IMG/VR virus record: IMGVR_UViG_3300020413_000049
Span: 1 to 29,609 of that record
Length of the DNA: 29,609 nucleotides
Direction: 5' to 3' (one strand)
Source of the DNA: a virus
Lineage: Duplodnaviria > Caudoviricetes
Below the pieces are notes generated by a model. That model had not been told where the DNA came from and did no database searches. It saw only the letters and a list, made by a program, of their open reading frames with translations. The position numbers were made by a program, and so were the translations under genes. Below, one piece after another: positions 8,161-16,138 of the stretch (within the stretch, counting starts at the first letter, position 1; every line of letters begins with the position of its first letter).

Positions 8161-9873
8161 TTATATGTTCTGCACTTTACTAAAGTTTTTCACCTTATCA
8201 AACTTCAATACCCTATCAAATTTATCATGTAGCACTTCACTCTTATGTGATATAACAAAAATATTTGTGTCTGGTTGTCCACCTCGAATGATTCTTAAAA
8301 ACTCATCAGTACCAGATACATCAAGTGATGAATCGAATACCTCATCCAAGATTAATAAATTTGTATTTGCTGAGTTTTTCATTTTAGCTATTGATCTCCA
8401 TGTAAACATCAAAGCTAAATCAATTCTCATTTTTTCACCTTCACTAAAAGATGAATAAGTAAAATCATCTCTGTATCTAGATTTAATACTTTCATTAAAC
8501 TCTTCATCTAATGTAAAGTTGACATAAAAATCTAAATCTTTCAGATATTTATTAATCAACTGATTCATAACAGGCAAATACTTTTTAATAATATGACCTT
8601 TAATACCTGTATCTTTTAACAAACTTGTAACTAAAGCATAGTTTTCATTTGTTTTTTTAAGGTTCTTATTTCTCTTGTGAAGTGTAATACCTCTAGTAGC
8701 TATCTCTGTGAGTTTCTTTTTTTCACAATCAATATCATTTGTATTTCTCTGTAAGTCATCAATCTCTCCTTGAATCTCTCTGATAATATTACTATTCTTT
8801 CTCATCTCATTCAACTTTGATTTTACTTCAAAATTATAAGAGGATACTTCAGCATTATTGTCTGCAATTCTTTGTAGATCTTTATTTAATACAGTGATCT
8901 CATCATCTAATTCTTGTAAGTAATCTTCAGATGTATTAATTGTTTGTTGGTTTTCTTCTATATGAAACTTCTTTAATTGTTTTGTAATTGATTGAGTACA
9001 CTTTGGGCACTCATCATGTGTCTCAAAAAATATTTTTTCTTTTTCCGTTCTCTTTATTAAATTTGTATTTGTGGTAATTTTTTTCTCAACTGCTTTAATA
9101 TCCTTAATTATCTTTAAGTTATCTAAGTCTGTAAAGGTTTCAATTTTTTCTTGTAATTCACTGATAACCTTTTCTAAAACTATATTCTTTCCTTCAAATT
9201 TAGTAATTGTTTTTTGTTTTTGTTCTACAGTTTTCATAGCAGTCTTCTCTAATCTTTTCAGATGGTCTTGCTGCATTTCTGCTTTTTCTTTTAAGAAGTC
9301 AACTTCTTTACTATTGTCTTTATATTCTTCTGCAGCAACCTTGACTCGATCTTTTAATAACACATTCATTGTAGAGAAAATACGAATGTCTAAAAGATCT
9401 TCTATGATCTCTCTGCGGTTTGGAGCAGACAGTTGCATAAAAGGCACAAAAGAAGCACTACCCAAGATTACAATTTGAGTAAATGATTTATAATTTAATT
9501 TTAAAATATTTTGTTCTAAATGCTTTTGTTGATCATTGACATGAGAGTCTTGATTTTGCATTTTGCCATTAGACCAAATCTCAAATAGACTTGGTTTCAT
9601 TCCACGAATAACTTTATATTTGTTTCTACCTATACTAAATTCTACTTCTACAACACAGTCTTTTTCATTGATACTATTGACTAGTTGTGATTTATTAATT
9701 TTTCTAAAAGACTTATTAAATAAAGCAAATACTATAGCTTCTATAATTGTACTCTTTCCAGCACCATTTTGACCTACAATCAATGTAGTGTCATTGTCTG
9801 AAAGATTTATTCTGATTGGAGTATTACCTGATGCTAGGAAATTCTTATAACTTATTTGCTCAAATAAAATCAT
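8161..9873 (-). CDS. gp46: Recombination endonuclease ATPase subunit (Rad50/SbcC-like)
   Basis: GQNGAGKST, coiled coils with zinc hook CPKC, FSEGEKMRIDL, LLILDEVFD, ISHK. Confidence 0.97.
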   Translation of the reverse strand: MILFEQISYKNFLASGNTPIRINLSDNDTTLIVGQNGAGKSTIIEAIVFALFNKSFRKINKSQLVNSINEKDCVVEVEFSIGRNKYKVIRGMKPSLFEIWSNGKMQNQDSHVNDQQKHLEQNILKLNYKSFTQIVILGSASFVPFMQLSAPNRREIIEDLLDIRIFSTMNVLLKDRVKVAAEEYKDNSKEVDFLKEKAEMQQDHLKRLEKTAMKTVEQKQKTITKFEGKNIVLEKVISELQEKIETFTDLDNLKIIKDIKAVEKKITTNTNLIKRTEKEKIFFETHDECPKCTQSITKQLKKFHIEENQQTINTSEDYLQELDDEITVLNKDLQRIADNNAEVSSYNFEVKSKLNEMRKNSNIIREIQGEIDDLQRNTNDIDCEKKKLTEIATRGITLHKRNKNLKKTNENYALVTSLLKDTGIKGHIIKKYLPVMNQLINKYLKDLDFYVNFTLDEEFNESIKSRYRDDFTYSSFSEGEKMRIDLALMFTWRSIAKMKNSANTNLLILDEVFDSSLDVSGTDEFLRIIRGGQPDTNIFVISHKSEVLHDKFDRVLKFDKVKNFSKVQNI

Positions 9874-10132
9874 GCTTTTCGCTTAGGGGAATTACAAAGT
9901 CATTAGAAGACACTATGGCATAATTATAACCAAAATTTTCACATGCTGCAATAGCTTGTCTTTCTTCAATTTCATATACAGACATATTAGAACAACCATT
10001 GTCTTCTAACATCATAACATATCTTTCCGCATCGTCTTGTTCTTCAAAAATTTGAAGAATCTTTGAACCGTCTTTTTTCTCGACAGCATAAGCACCATCG
10101 TTAGCTCGGTCTTTGATAGTGAGAATAAACAT
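9860..10132 (-). CDS. Conserved cyanophage protein (DUF3110-like)
   Basis: GAYAV...IFEEQDDAERYVMMLE...FVIP, lying between gp47 and gp46. Confidence 0.65.
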   Translation of the reverse strand: MFILTIKDRANDGAYAVEKKDGSKILQIFEEQDDAERYVMMLEDNGCSNMSVYEIEERQAIAACENFGYNYAIVSSNDFVIPLSEKHDFI

Positions 10133-11178
10133 TATTGTGCCTCACAAGCTTCTAAGTAAATAGACTTCATAATACTCTTCAATTCTGGTTTGTCGAGTTT
10201 ATCATCCATTTGCTCTATATACTTATTTAGAATTGTTAAGGTATCTTCGTGTTCTACACCTCCAACTTCTTCTTGATCCATGACAGTATCGTCAATAATT
10301 TTTAGATCATGAATACCACTATCATACAATCTTTCAATGATTCTGTCAAGCCAGATAGAATTATTTTTATTAACAACAATTAGTTTAACAAAGCAATCTT
10401 TGTAATCTTCTGCATTAAAATTATTATTGTTCCATGTATCTTCATCGTAAAATATTTTTTTAAATATAGTATATGGATTTTCAATAAATTTTAAAGCTAG
10501 TGTAGAAGGTTCAAATAAATGAAATCCTCTCTTAGAACCACAGTCATTCCAAAACATTTCGTAAGGATTGCCAAGATATTTTACATTTCCTTTTTCAGAT
10601 GGAAAATGAAAATGACCAGAATATACTTTTTTAAATTTGGCAAAAGATCTTCTATCCCATCCACCACCTTCAAAGTAATGGCCTGGAATTGCAGCAAAAC
10701 CATTCAGTTCTAAATGTCCACAAACTACTTCTGAATCTGTAGAATCTAAGTGTTTCCTGACATGATCCTCATTCTCAGGATTAATCCAAGGAAGCATTGT
10801 AAACTTTCTTCCTTCTATCTCTACATCAGTTATTTCATCGTAAGTATGAATATTGTCAAAACCATCTAATAATAAATCTGGTGTGTTTACTTTATTAGTG
10901 TTCTTATAATATGCAGTATGATTTCCAACTAGCATATGAATCTCAATACCCATATCAGCAAGCACTTGAAAATATTGAGTCTTCATTCTATACCAAGAAT
11001 TAAGATCCATAGATTTTCTATTGTCGAAAGTATCACCAAGATCTATGATAGTTTTAATCTTACGTTTTTTTAACGTAGGAAAAAATACATTATCATAGAA
11101 CTTCATGAAAAACTCCCAGAAAGCCTGAGAGTTTTTTCTACCATCTAAATGCTGATCAGTGATCAGTGCTATTGTCAT
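10132..11178 (-). CDS. gp47: Recombination endonuclease nuclease subunit (Mre11/SbcD-like)
   Basis: Metallophosphoesterase motifs TDQH, LGDTFDNRK, VGNH, GHLE, SGHFH. Confidence 0.96.
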   Translation of the reverse strand: MTIALITDQHLDGRKNSQAFWEFFMKFYDNVFFPTLKKRKIKTIIDLGDTFDNRKSMDLNSWYRMKTQYFQVLADMGIEIHMLVGNHTAYYKNTNKVNTPDLLLDGFDNIHTYDEITDVEIEGRKFTMLPWINPENEDHVRKHLDSTDSEVVCGHLELNGFAAIPGHYFEGGGWDRRSFAKFKKVYSGHFHFPSEKGNVKYLGNPYEMFWNDCGSKRGFHLFEPSTLALKFIENPYTIFKKIFYDEDTWNNNNFNAEDYKDCFVKLIVVNKNNSIWLDRIIERLYDSGIHDLKIIDDTVMDQEEVGGVEHEDTLTILNKYIEQMDDKLDKPELKSIMKSIYLEACEAQ

Positions 11179-11576
11179 AACGTAACTGTTCCGTCACTTG
11201 TGTTTATAGTGATATCTTCACTACCCATAGGGGATGAGATAATAGACCCTTCACCTATCGTAAATGTAGTAGGAGCTTCTTCGTCTGTTGTAATTACTAC
11301 AGACATTGGTTTTTCTTTTGGTTTGTGATCTTTCATACCGCCATGATTTCCATCATTCGGTAATTTACCATAAGCAAGATATTCAACAGCTTGAATTGAC
11401 CCTTCGAGTCTTTCCAATTCTTTGTTGTACTTTAACCAGTCCTCATGTGCTAATCTTACACTTTCTTGTTTTTCTTCAAGTTGTAGAACTCTTTTACTAA
11501 AGCGTTGTAACAACTGTTCGTAATTTTCTGTTGGTTTCAAAACTTTTTCCTCTGGTTCTAGGTTTCCGTGTTTCAT
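11175..11576 (-). CDS. Hypothetical protein (coiled coil plus Thr/Ser-rich tail)
   Basis: 133 aa ORF with ATGA overlaps at both ends. Confidence 0.75.
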   Translation of the reverse strand: MKHGNLEPEEKVLKPTENYEQLLQRFSKRVLQLEEKQESVRLAHEDWLKYNKELERLEGSIQAVEYLAYGKLPNDGNHGGMKDHKPKEKPMSVVITTDEEAPTTFTIGEGSIISSPMGSEDITINTSDGTVTL

Positions 11577-12043
11577 CGATTCCGAATTTCTAATGTTTCT
11601 TTGATACTATTCATATCAGAAGCATTGTACCCGACTGCACTAGAGTCAGCACTAAAGACTTCATCAAATCCAGATTTTTCCAGCAATTTGTTTTTTATAT
11701 CCAACTGCTTCTTTTCTTTTTGAATACGTCTTAAGAAGGCGTAGTAAATAATTTGAGTAAAGTAAGCAAAGGGATTAGTAGATTTTGATGGATCAAAGTT
11801 ATCAATATATTGTAAACAGTTTTCTATACCATCACAAATCATATCATCTTTAAACATGTAGTTAACAAAGTTTGGACGATAAGATAAATGAGTAGCAATT
11901 TTTAGAAAACACTCACCAATATAATCTGGCACTTTTGGATGAGGTTTATCCTCTTCCGCAGCTGCATGAACCTTTTTACGATAAATGACTAGAGCTTCTA
12001 GAAACTCTTTGTTATTAACATAATGTTCCTTTTTCTTAGCCAT
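11573..12043 (-). CDS. gp55: Late transcription sigma factor
   Basis: HYVNNKEFL, YIGECFLKIATHLSYRPNF, NPFAYFTQIIYYAFLRRIQKEK. Confidence 0.97.
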   Translation of the reverse strand: MAKKKEHYVNNKEFLEALVIYRKKVHAAAEEDKPHPKVPDYIGECFLKIATHLSYRPNFVNYMFKDDMICDGIENCLQYIDNFDPSKSTNPFAYFTQIIYYAFLRRIQKEKKQLDIKNKLLEKSGFDEVFSADSSAVGYNASDMNSIKETLEIRNR

Positions 12044-12066
12044 ATATTTTAGGTTGTCTATGGTAT

Positions 12067-12095
12067 ATTATACTATAAAAATACATTTGGTGCAA
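12067..12095 (-). promoter_or_regulatory. Sigma70-type promoter for gp55
   Basis: TTGCAC (12095-12090), 17 bp spacer, TATAAT (12072-12067). Confidence 0.75.
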
Positions 12096-12105
12096 GTGGG
12101 GCCAC

Positions 12106-12134
12106 TTGACAAATATACAAAAGTTATTTAGAAT
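12106..12134 (+). promoter_or_regulatory. Near-consensus sigma70 promoter pointing antisense into the upstream genes
   Basis: TTGACA (12106-12111), 17 bp spacer, TAGAAT (12129-12134). Confidence 0.55.
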
Positions 12135-12160
12135 AACTCTGTCAAGGGTTCAGAGATAAA

Positions 12161-12577
12161 TTAGCTATTTAATTTATAGATCTTTTCGAGACTAGCTCTA
12201 CTCGCCTCAACTGTTCCCAAATTTCCGTCCTCTTTTTCTAATACAACTTGATTAGATTGAGGATTTGTTCCGTTGTAATATTTTTTAAGTGTTGTATCAT
12301 ATAATCTTCTAATTCTATCTTCACACTCTGTAACAGCATAAACCTTATCATTTGTTAAAAAACAGATTTCATCTTTAGAAAATTTCATCCAAGGAATTAA
12401 ATCAACTTTAAACATGTCTCCATGAGGTGTTGTAATTACATGTGACTTTACAAGGAATGGACTATCAACTACAAAACCACCTTCTGCTTCTCTTATTAAA
12501 ATTTTTCCAATTAGTTCTTCTCCGCCTATAAGCTTCACCATTCCTGTAAATTCTTGTCTTGGTTCTTCTTTATTCAT
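12161..12577 (-). CDS. Conserved hypothetical protein downstream of uvsW (possible Sm-like fold)
   Basis: VKLIGGEELIGKI...LIPWMKFS. Likely start is MNKEE at 12577, which overlaps the uvsW end by 8 nt. Confidence 0.75.
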   Translation of the reverse strand: MNKEEPRQEFTGMVKLIGGEELIGKILIREAEGGFVVDSPFLVKSHVITTPHGDMFKVDLIPWMKFSKDEICFLTNDKVYAVTECEDRIRRLYDTTLKKYYNGTNPQSNQVVLEKEDGNLGTVEASRASLEKIYKLNS

Positions 12578-14042
12578 CTTTCCGAAAATTGACTGGAATA
12601 ATTTCATAATTAAATTTTTCTTGAGAATATATCTTTATTCTTTCTATCAAATGGTTTAACGTATAATTTTTTTTATCTCCGTCACTAAAATCATCTGCGA
12701 TATCATAAAGTGTAGCATTTGTTTTTTGATCTCCTTTTCTTAAAACCCTACCTATAGACTGTAAATTTCTAATTCTAGATTTTGAAGGAGAAGCAAAAAT
12801 TATATTATGAAGATTTTTAATGTTAATTCCAGTTGAGAAGGTGCCGTAAGAGGCAACAATAATGGCATCATTTTCTTTCTCCGTTATGTATCGAACGTAT
12901 TCTCGTTCTTCTGCTGCTACACCACCAAAAATAAAGAAAACCTTACGATCAGTAGATGTACTACTATTTATCAAATTGTAAAGAGGCTCTCCATGTTTCT
13001 CTACTCTTGCAAATAATATCAAAGTGTTTCCAGTTTGATTCAAAGCAAGTTTTTTAATAAAGTTATTTCTCTTCTCAAACTCACAAATATATTCTATTTC
13101 ATCATTATATGTTTCAAAATTTTGTTTATAATGTTGTAGTAAAAGAATATTAATTTTAAGTGTTGATAAGTAACCTCTATCAATTAAACTCTTTGTCTTT
13201 ACTACCTTATCAACTGTACCAAACAATCCTTCGAGAACTAGTTTGTTTACGTTTTCACCATCTAAAGTACCTGTAAAACCAATTCGATGTTTACAATTAT
13301 GTAACTTTGTCATAATACTTGTTAGAGACTTTGCTTTAAATAAATGTGCTTCATCTCCTATAACACAATCAAATCTCTCAAACCATTTCTTTGGTAGTTT
13401 GTATATTGATTGCCAAGTTGTGACTACAACTGGTTTTGATGATATTTTTTCTTCACCAGAATATATTTTATGACAATAATCTTTAGCACTCCATCCGTAT
13501 TCTTTAAAGTCTCCAACTAACTGTTCTACTAGAGATGTGGTAGGCACTACAATTAAAACTTGTGATCCACTATCAACAAACCATCTCACAATTGCATATA
13601 TCATTAAAGACTTACCAGATGCAGTCGGTGACAGTAATAACTTACGATTCCATCTTAGCGCTTTATAAATTGCTGCAAGTTGATAATCTCTTACCTGCAA
13701 AGGTATGTTTAAACTTTTAACAAAATCATGAACCGCTAAAGGTGTAATTGTTTTATTCTTTTCATTTGGTAAACCGTAGTCTTCGTCTTCTACATCAACG
13801 TATTCATATCCTCTATTCTCTAACCAGTCAGTTAAGTAACTATATAATCCACAATAAATTCTGCCATGAGCTGGACTGAAGAGTTTAATTTTTCCATCCC
13901 ATATTTTCTTTTTGTATTGAGGCATGAACTTAGCGCCAGGCACATCAAAACTAAAATACTCAGATAACTCATATTTTATATGAGTCTCACAATCCACCGA
14001 AAGATATACTTCGTTCTTTTTTTGGATTTTGACCTGTGACAT
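12570..14042 (-). CDS. uvsW: SF2 RNA-DNA/DNA helicase
   Basis: RDYQ, SPTASGKS, GDEAH, FTGT, STGINI, QSIGRVLR. Confidence 0.97.
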   Translation of the reverse strand: MSQVKIQKKNEVYLSVDCETHIKYELSEYFSFDVPGAKFMPQYKKKIWDGKIKLFSPAHGRIYCGLYSYLTDWLENRGYEYVDVEDEDYGLPNEKNKTITPLAVHDFVKSLNIPLQVRDYQLAAIYKALRWNRKLLLSPTASGKSLMIYAIVRWFVDSGSQVLIVVPTTSLVEQLVGDFKEYGWSAKDYCHKIYSGEEKISSKPVVVTTWQSIYKLPKKWFERFDCVIGDEAHLFKAKSLTSIMTKLHNCKHRIGFTGTLDGENVNKLVLEGLFGTVDKVVKTKSLIDRGYLSTLKINILLLQHYKQNFETYNDEIEYICEFEKRNNFIKKLALNQTGNTLILFARVEKHGEPLYNLINSSTSTDRKVFFIFGGVAAEEREYVRYITEKENDAIIVASYGTFSTGINIKNLHNIIFASPSKSRIRNLQSIGRVLRKGDQKTNATLYDIADDFSDGDKKNYTLNHLIERIKIYSQEKFNYEIIPVNFRKDE

Positions 14043-14473
14043 CAGATACTACCTTGCATGAATTTTTGCCATTCAATGCTATTCTTAATCTGGAAGGTTC
14101 TATTGTTGATTTGTTGGATAATTTTTTCCAGTAAGAAAATCATCTCTTCATAGTAATTTATACGAGTTACTACGTTTTGTATTTCCTTATCAGATTCTAT
14201 GTACATCGGAACATCTTGTTTCAATACCTTTAAATCAAAAGGTTGTTCCTGATATACAGACTCATCTGCTTTACCAGTATAGTATTCAAACTTTTCTCTA
14301 ATTAAAAGTTTGTATTCTTGTTCTTTTCTAATCTTTAAACACCTAACATCACTTAGATAATTTAAATACTTAGAATGAAGTTGAGGGATTTTTGTTGATT
14401 CATTATCTAAAAGATCATTATCAATGCGGCTATCATCAGCCCATTGGGCCTTGATATCATCAAGTTGTATCAT
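14042..14473 (-). CDS. uvsY: Recombination mediator protein
   Basis: LDNESTKIPQLHSKYL, YYTGKA, RTFQIKNSIEWQKF. Directly upstream of uvsW. Confidence 0.93.
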   Translation of the reverse strand: MIQLDDIKAQWADDSRIDNDLLDNESTKIPQLHSKYLNYLSDVRCLKIRKEQEYKLLIREKFEYYTGKADESVYQEQPFDLKVLKQDVPMYIESDKEIQNVVTRINYYEEMIFLLEKIIQQINNRTFQIKNSIEWQKFMQGSI

Positions 14474-14479
14474 AAAAAA

Positions 14480-16138
14480 TTAAGTCAGAATTTGATCAAA
14501 TGGTGTAATCCAGTCTTCGCTTGGGTTTGTTACAGTAATAACATCCATACTTCTTGCTTGCAATTTAGCAATCAATTGATCATATGATGCTTGAACAGTT
14601 TGCATAGTCATACTACCAGAGGTATCAACAAATATCGCTACTTTAGATCCATCAGGTAAACTATCTAGGCCACATATGGTATACCAATCTGAAGCATTTG
14701 AAACTAAACCACCATCACGATTAACGTGTATAGGGCCAAAAGTTTTTCCTATATGATTCTTACCAATATATGAAGTATCATTTATTGTAATTTCTGGTGT
14801 GTATGCAATAATAACTCCATCAGCATTAAGAACTTGTACAATTATTTTTTCTGCTCCTTCTGTTTTACCATCTCTTAACACAGGTATTGTAATAACACCT
14901 ACGTTACTGTTTATTGTAAATGTCTTTGTTTGGTTACTAAAATCTCCACCATCTCCGAATGTTATAGTACTACCACTAGAAGCAACAACATTTGAAGTTA
15001 ATACTGTACCATCTGCAACACCACTAGTAGCAACGTTAATAACAATATTAGTTGTACCACCATTAGGAGATTCGTTAATAGATGTAGCCGCTGGTGTTAA
15101 TCCTATAGTAAAAGCAGTGTCTTCGATAATAGTATTCATTGTAGCTACTATTGGGCCACTCGTTGATACTATACGAATATTTACTGTTAGAGTTTCATCA
15201 GATTCAACTGTTAAATCTTGTTTAGCAGTAAGAGTAAATGTTCCTGTATTACTTGTAATTGAGAAAGAGCCTGTAAGTGGGGTAACATCAGTGCTTGACA
15301 GATTAACTGTATAATATAAAGATGTACCATCTGGTACTCCAGTAGTATTGACAGTATAAGTTACAGTGTTACCTTCAACAACAGTATTTGATCCAGAAAT
15401 ACTATAAGTTGCAGCAGAAGTATCTGCTACATTAACTGTGTTAGATGTTACTACTAAAACACCCGCCTCACTTATTTGTAATGCAAAATTTTCAGCACCT
15501 TCAGATACACTATAATCATTTATTATAGTTCTAGTAATAGTTGCAGTATTATTATTAACTGTAGTAAGCCCTGATAGAGTATTATCAGAAAAATCTTCTG
15601 CTTCTACAGTACCAGTTGTATTCCAATACAGACTTGTGCCATTTGGAACATTGGTTGTTGTAATTGTAAATGTAACTGTATCTCCCTCGTTAACATTTGT
15701 AGAAGATTCACTAACTGAATATGTTGGGGCAACCTGTGTTTGTACTAGAGTACCACCAATACCTTTTACAACTATTTTTTTATCACCAATAGTTACTTCA
15801 TCACCTAAAGACTTACCACTAATCAAACCATTTTGATCAAAATTAAGTGTTACTGTTGCTGCATTATTTTTTACAACTACTTGATCATAAGCAACAGCTG
15901 GAAAATATGTATACTCACCCTCGATTAAATTACCAGTTAAATCTATAGTCTCACCATGATTCCATAAGACTATATTAACAGGTCTACCTAAATTACTAGT
16001 TACACCAGAACTAGAAGATGTAAGCATAGTATTAACAGTACCCATATAGTCTTGAACTATATCATTAGGGCCAAACATACCTTTATACTCTTTCAACCAA
16101 TGTTTGAAATTCTTTTTATTGTTGGAAGTTAATGTCAT
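14480..16138 (-). CDS. Putative virion protein with three Calx-beta/Ig-like repeats and a C-terminal VWA-like segment
   Basis: Thr/Ser/Val-rich. Repeats TYSVSESSTNVNEGDTVTFTITTTNVPNGTSLYW, TYSISGSNTVVEGNTVTYTVNTTGVPDGTSLYY and FTIGLTPAATSINES...TSGVADGTVL. C-terminal AIFVDTSGSM. Confidence 0.7.
   Translation of the reverse strand: MTLTSNNKKNFKHWLKEYKGMFGPNDIVQDYMGTVNTMLTSSSSGVTSNLGRPVNIVLWNHGETIDLTGNLIEGEYTYFPAVAYDQVVVKNNAATVTLNFDQNGLISGKSLGDEVTIGDKKIVVKGIGGTLVQTQVAPTYSVSESSTNVNEGDTVTFTITTTNVPNGTSLYWNTTGTVEAEDFSDNTLSGLTTVNNNTATITRTIINDYSVSEGAENFALQISEAGVLVVTSNTVNVADTSAATYSISGSNTVVEGNTVTYTVNTTGVPDGTSLYYTVNLSSTDVTPLTGSFSITSNTGTFTLTAKQDLTVESDETLTVNIRIVSTSGPIVATMNTIIEDTAFTIGLTPAATSINESPNGGTTNIVINVATSGVADGTVLTSNVVASSGSTITFGDGGDFSNQTKTFTINSNVGVITIPVLRDGKTEGAEKIIVQVLNADGVIIAYTPEITINDTSYIGKNHIGKTFGPIHVNRDGGLVSNASDWYTICGLDSLPDGSKVAIFVDTSGSMTMQTVQASYDQLIAKLQARSMDVITVTNPSEDWITPFDQILT
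14770..15724 (-). repeat. Three diverged ~100-115 aa tandem domain repeats
   Basis: Repeats start near 15724, 15409 and 15117. Each ends in an E-x-x-E...I/V-x-D-T motif (EGAENF...VADTS, ESDETL...IEDTA, EGAEKI...INDTS). Confidence 0.75.

Noticed and set aside
14799-15314. 171 aa plus-strand ORF and the other plus-strand ORFs in the track (for example 9071-9478, 18024-18338, 21448-21813)
   Set aside because: They are antisense shadows lying within well-supported minus-strand genes, with no recognisable motifs.
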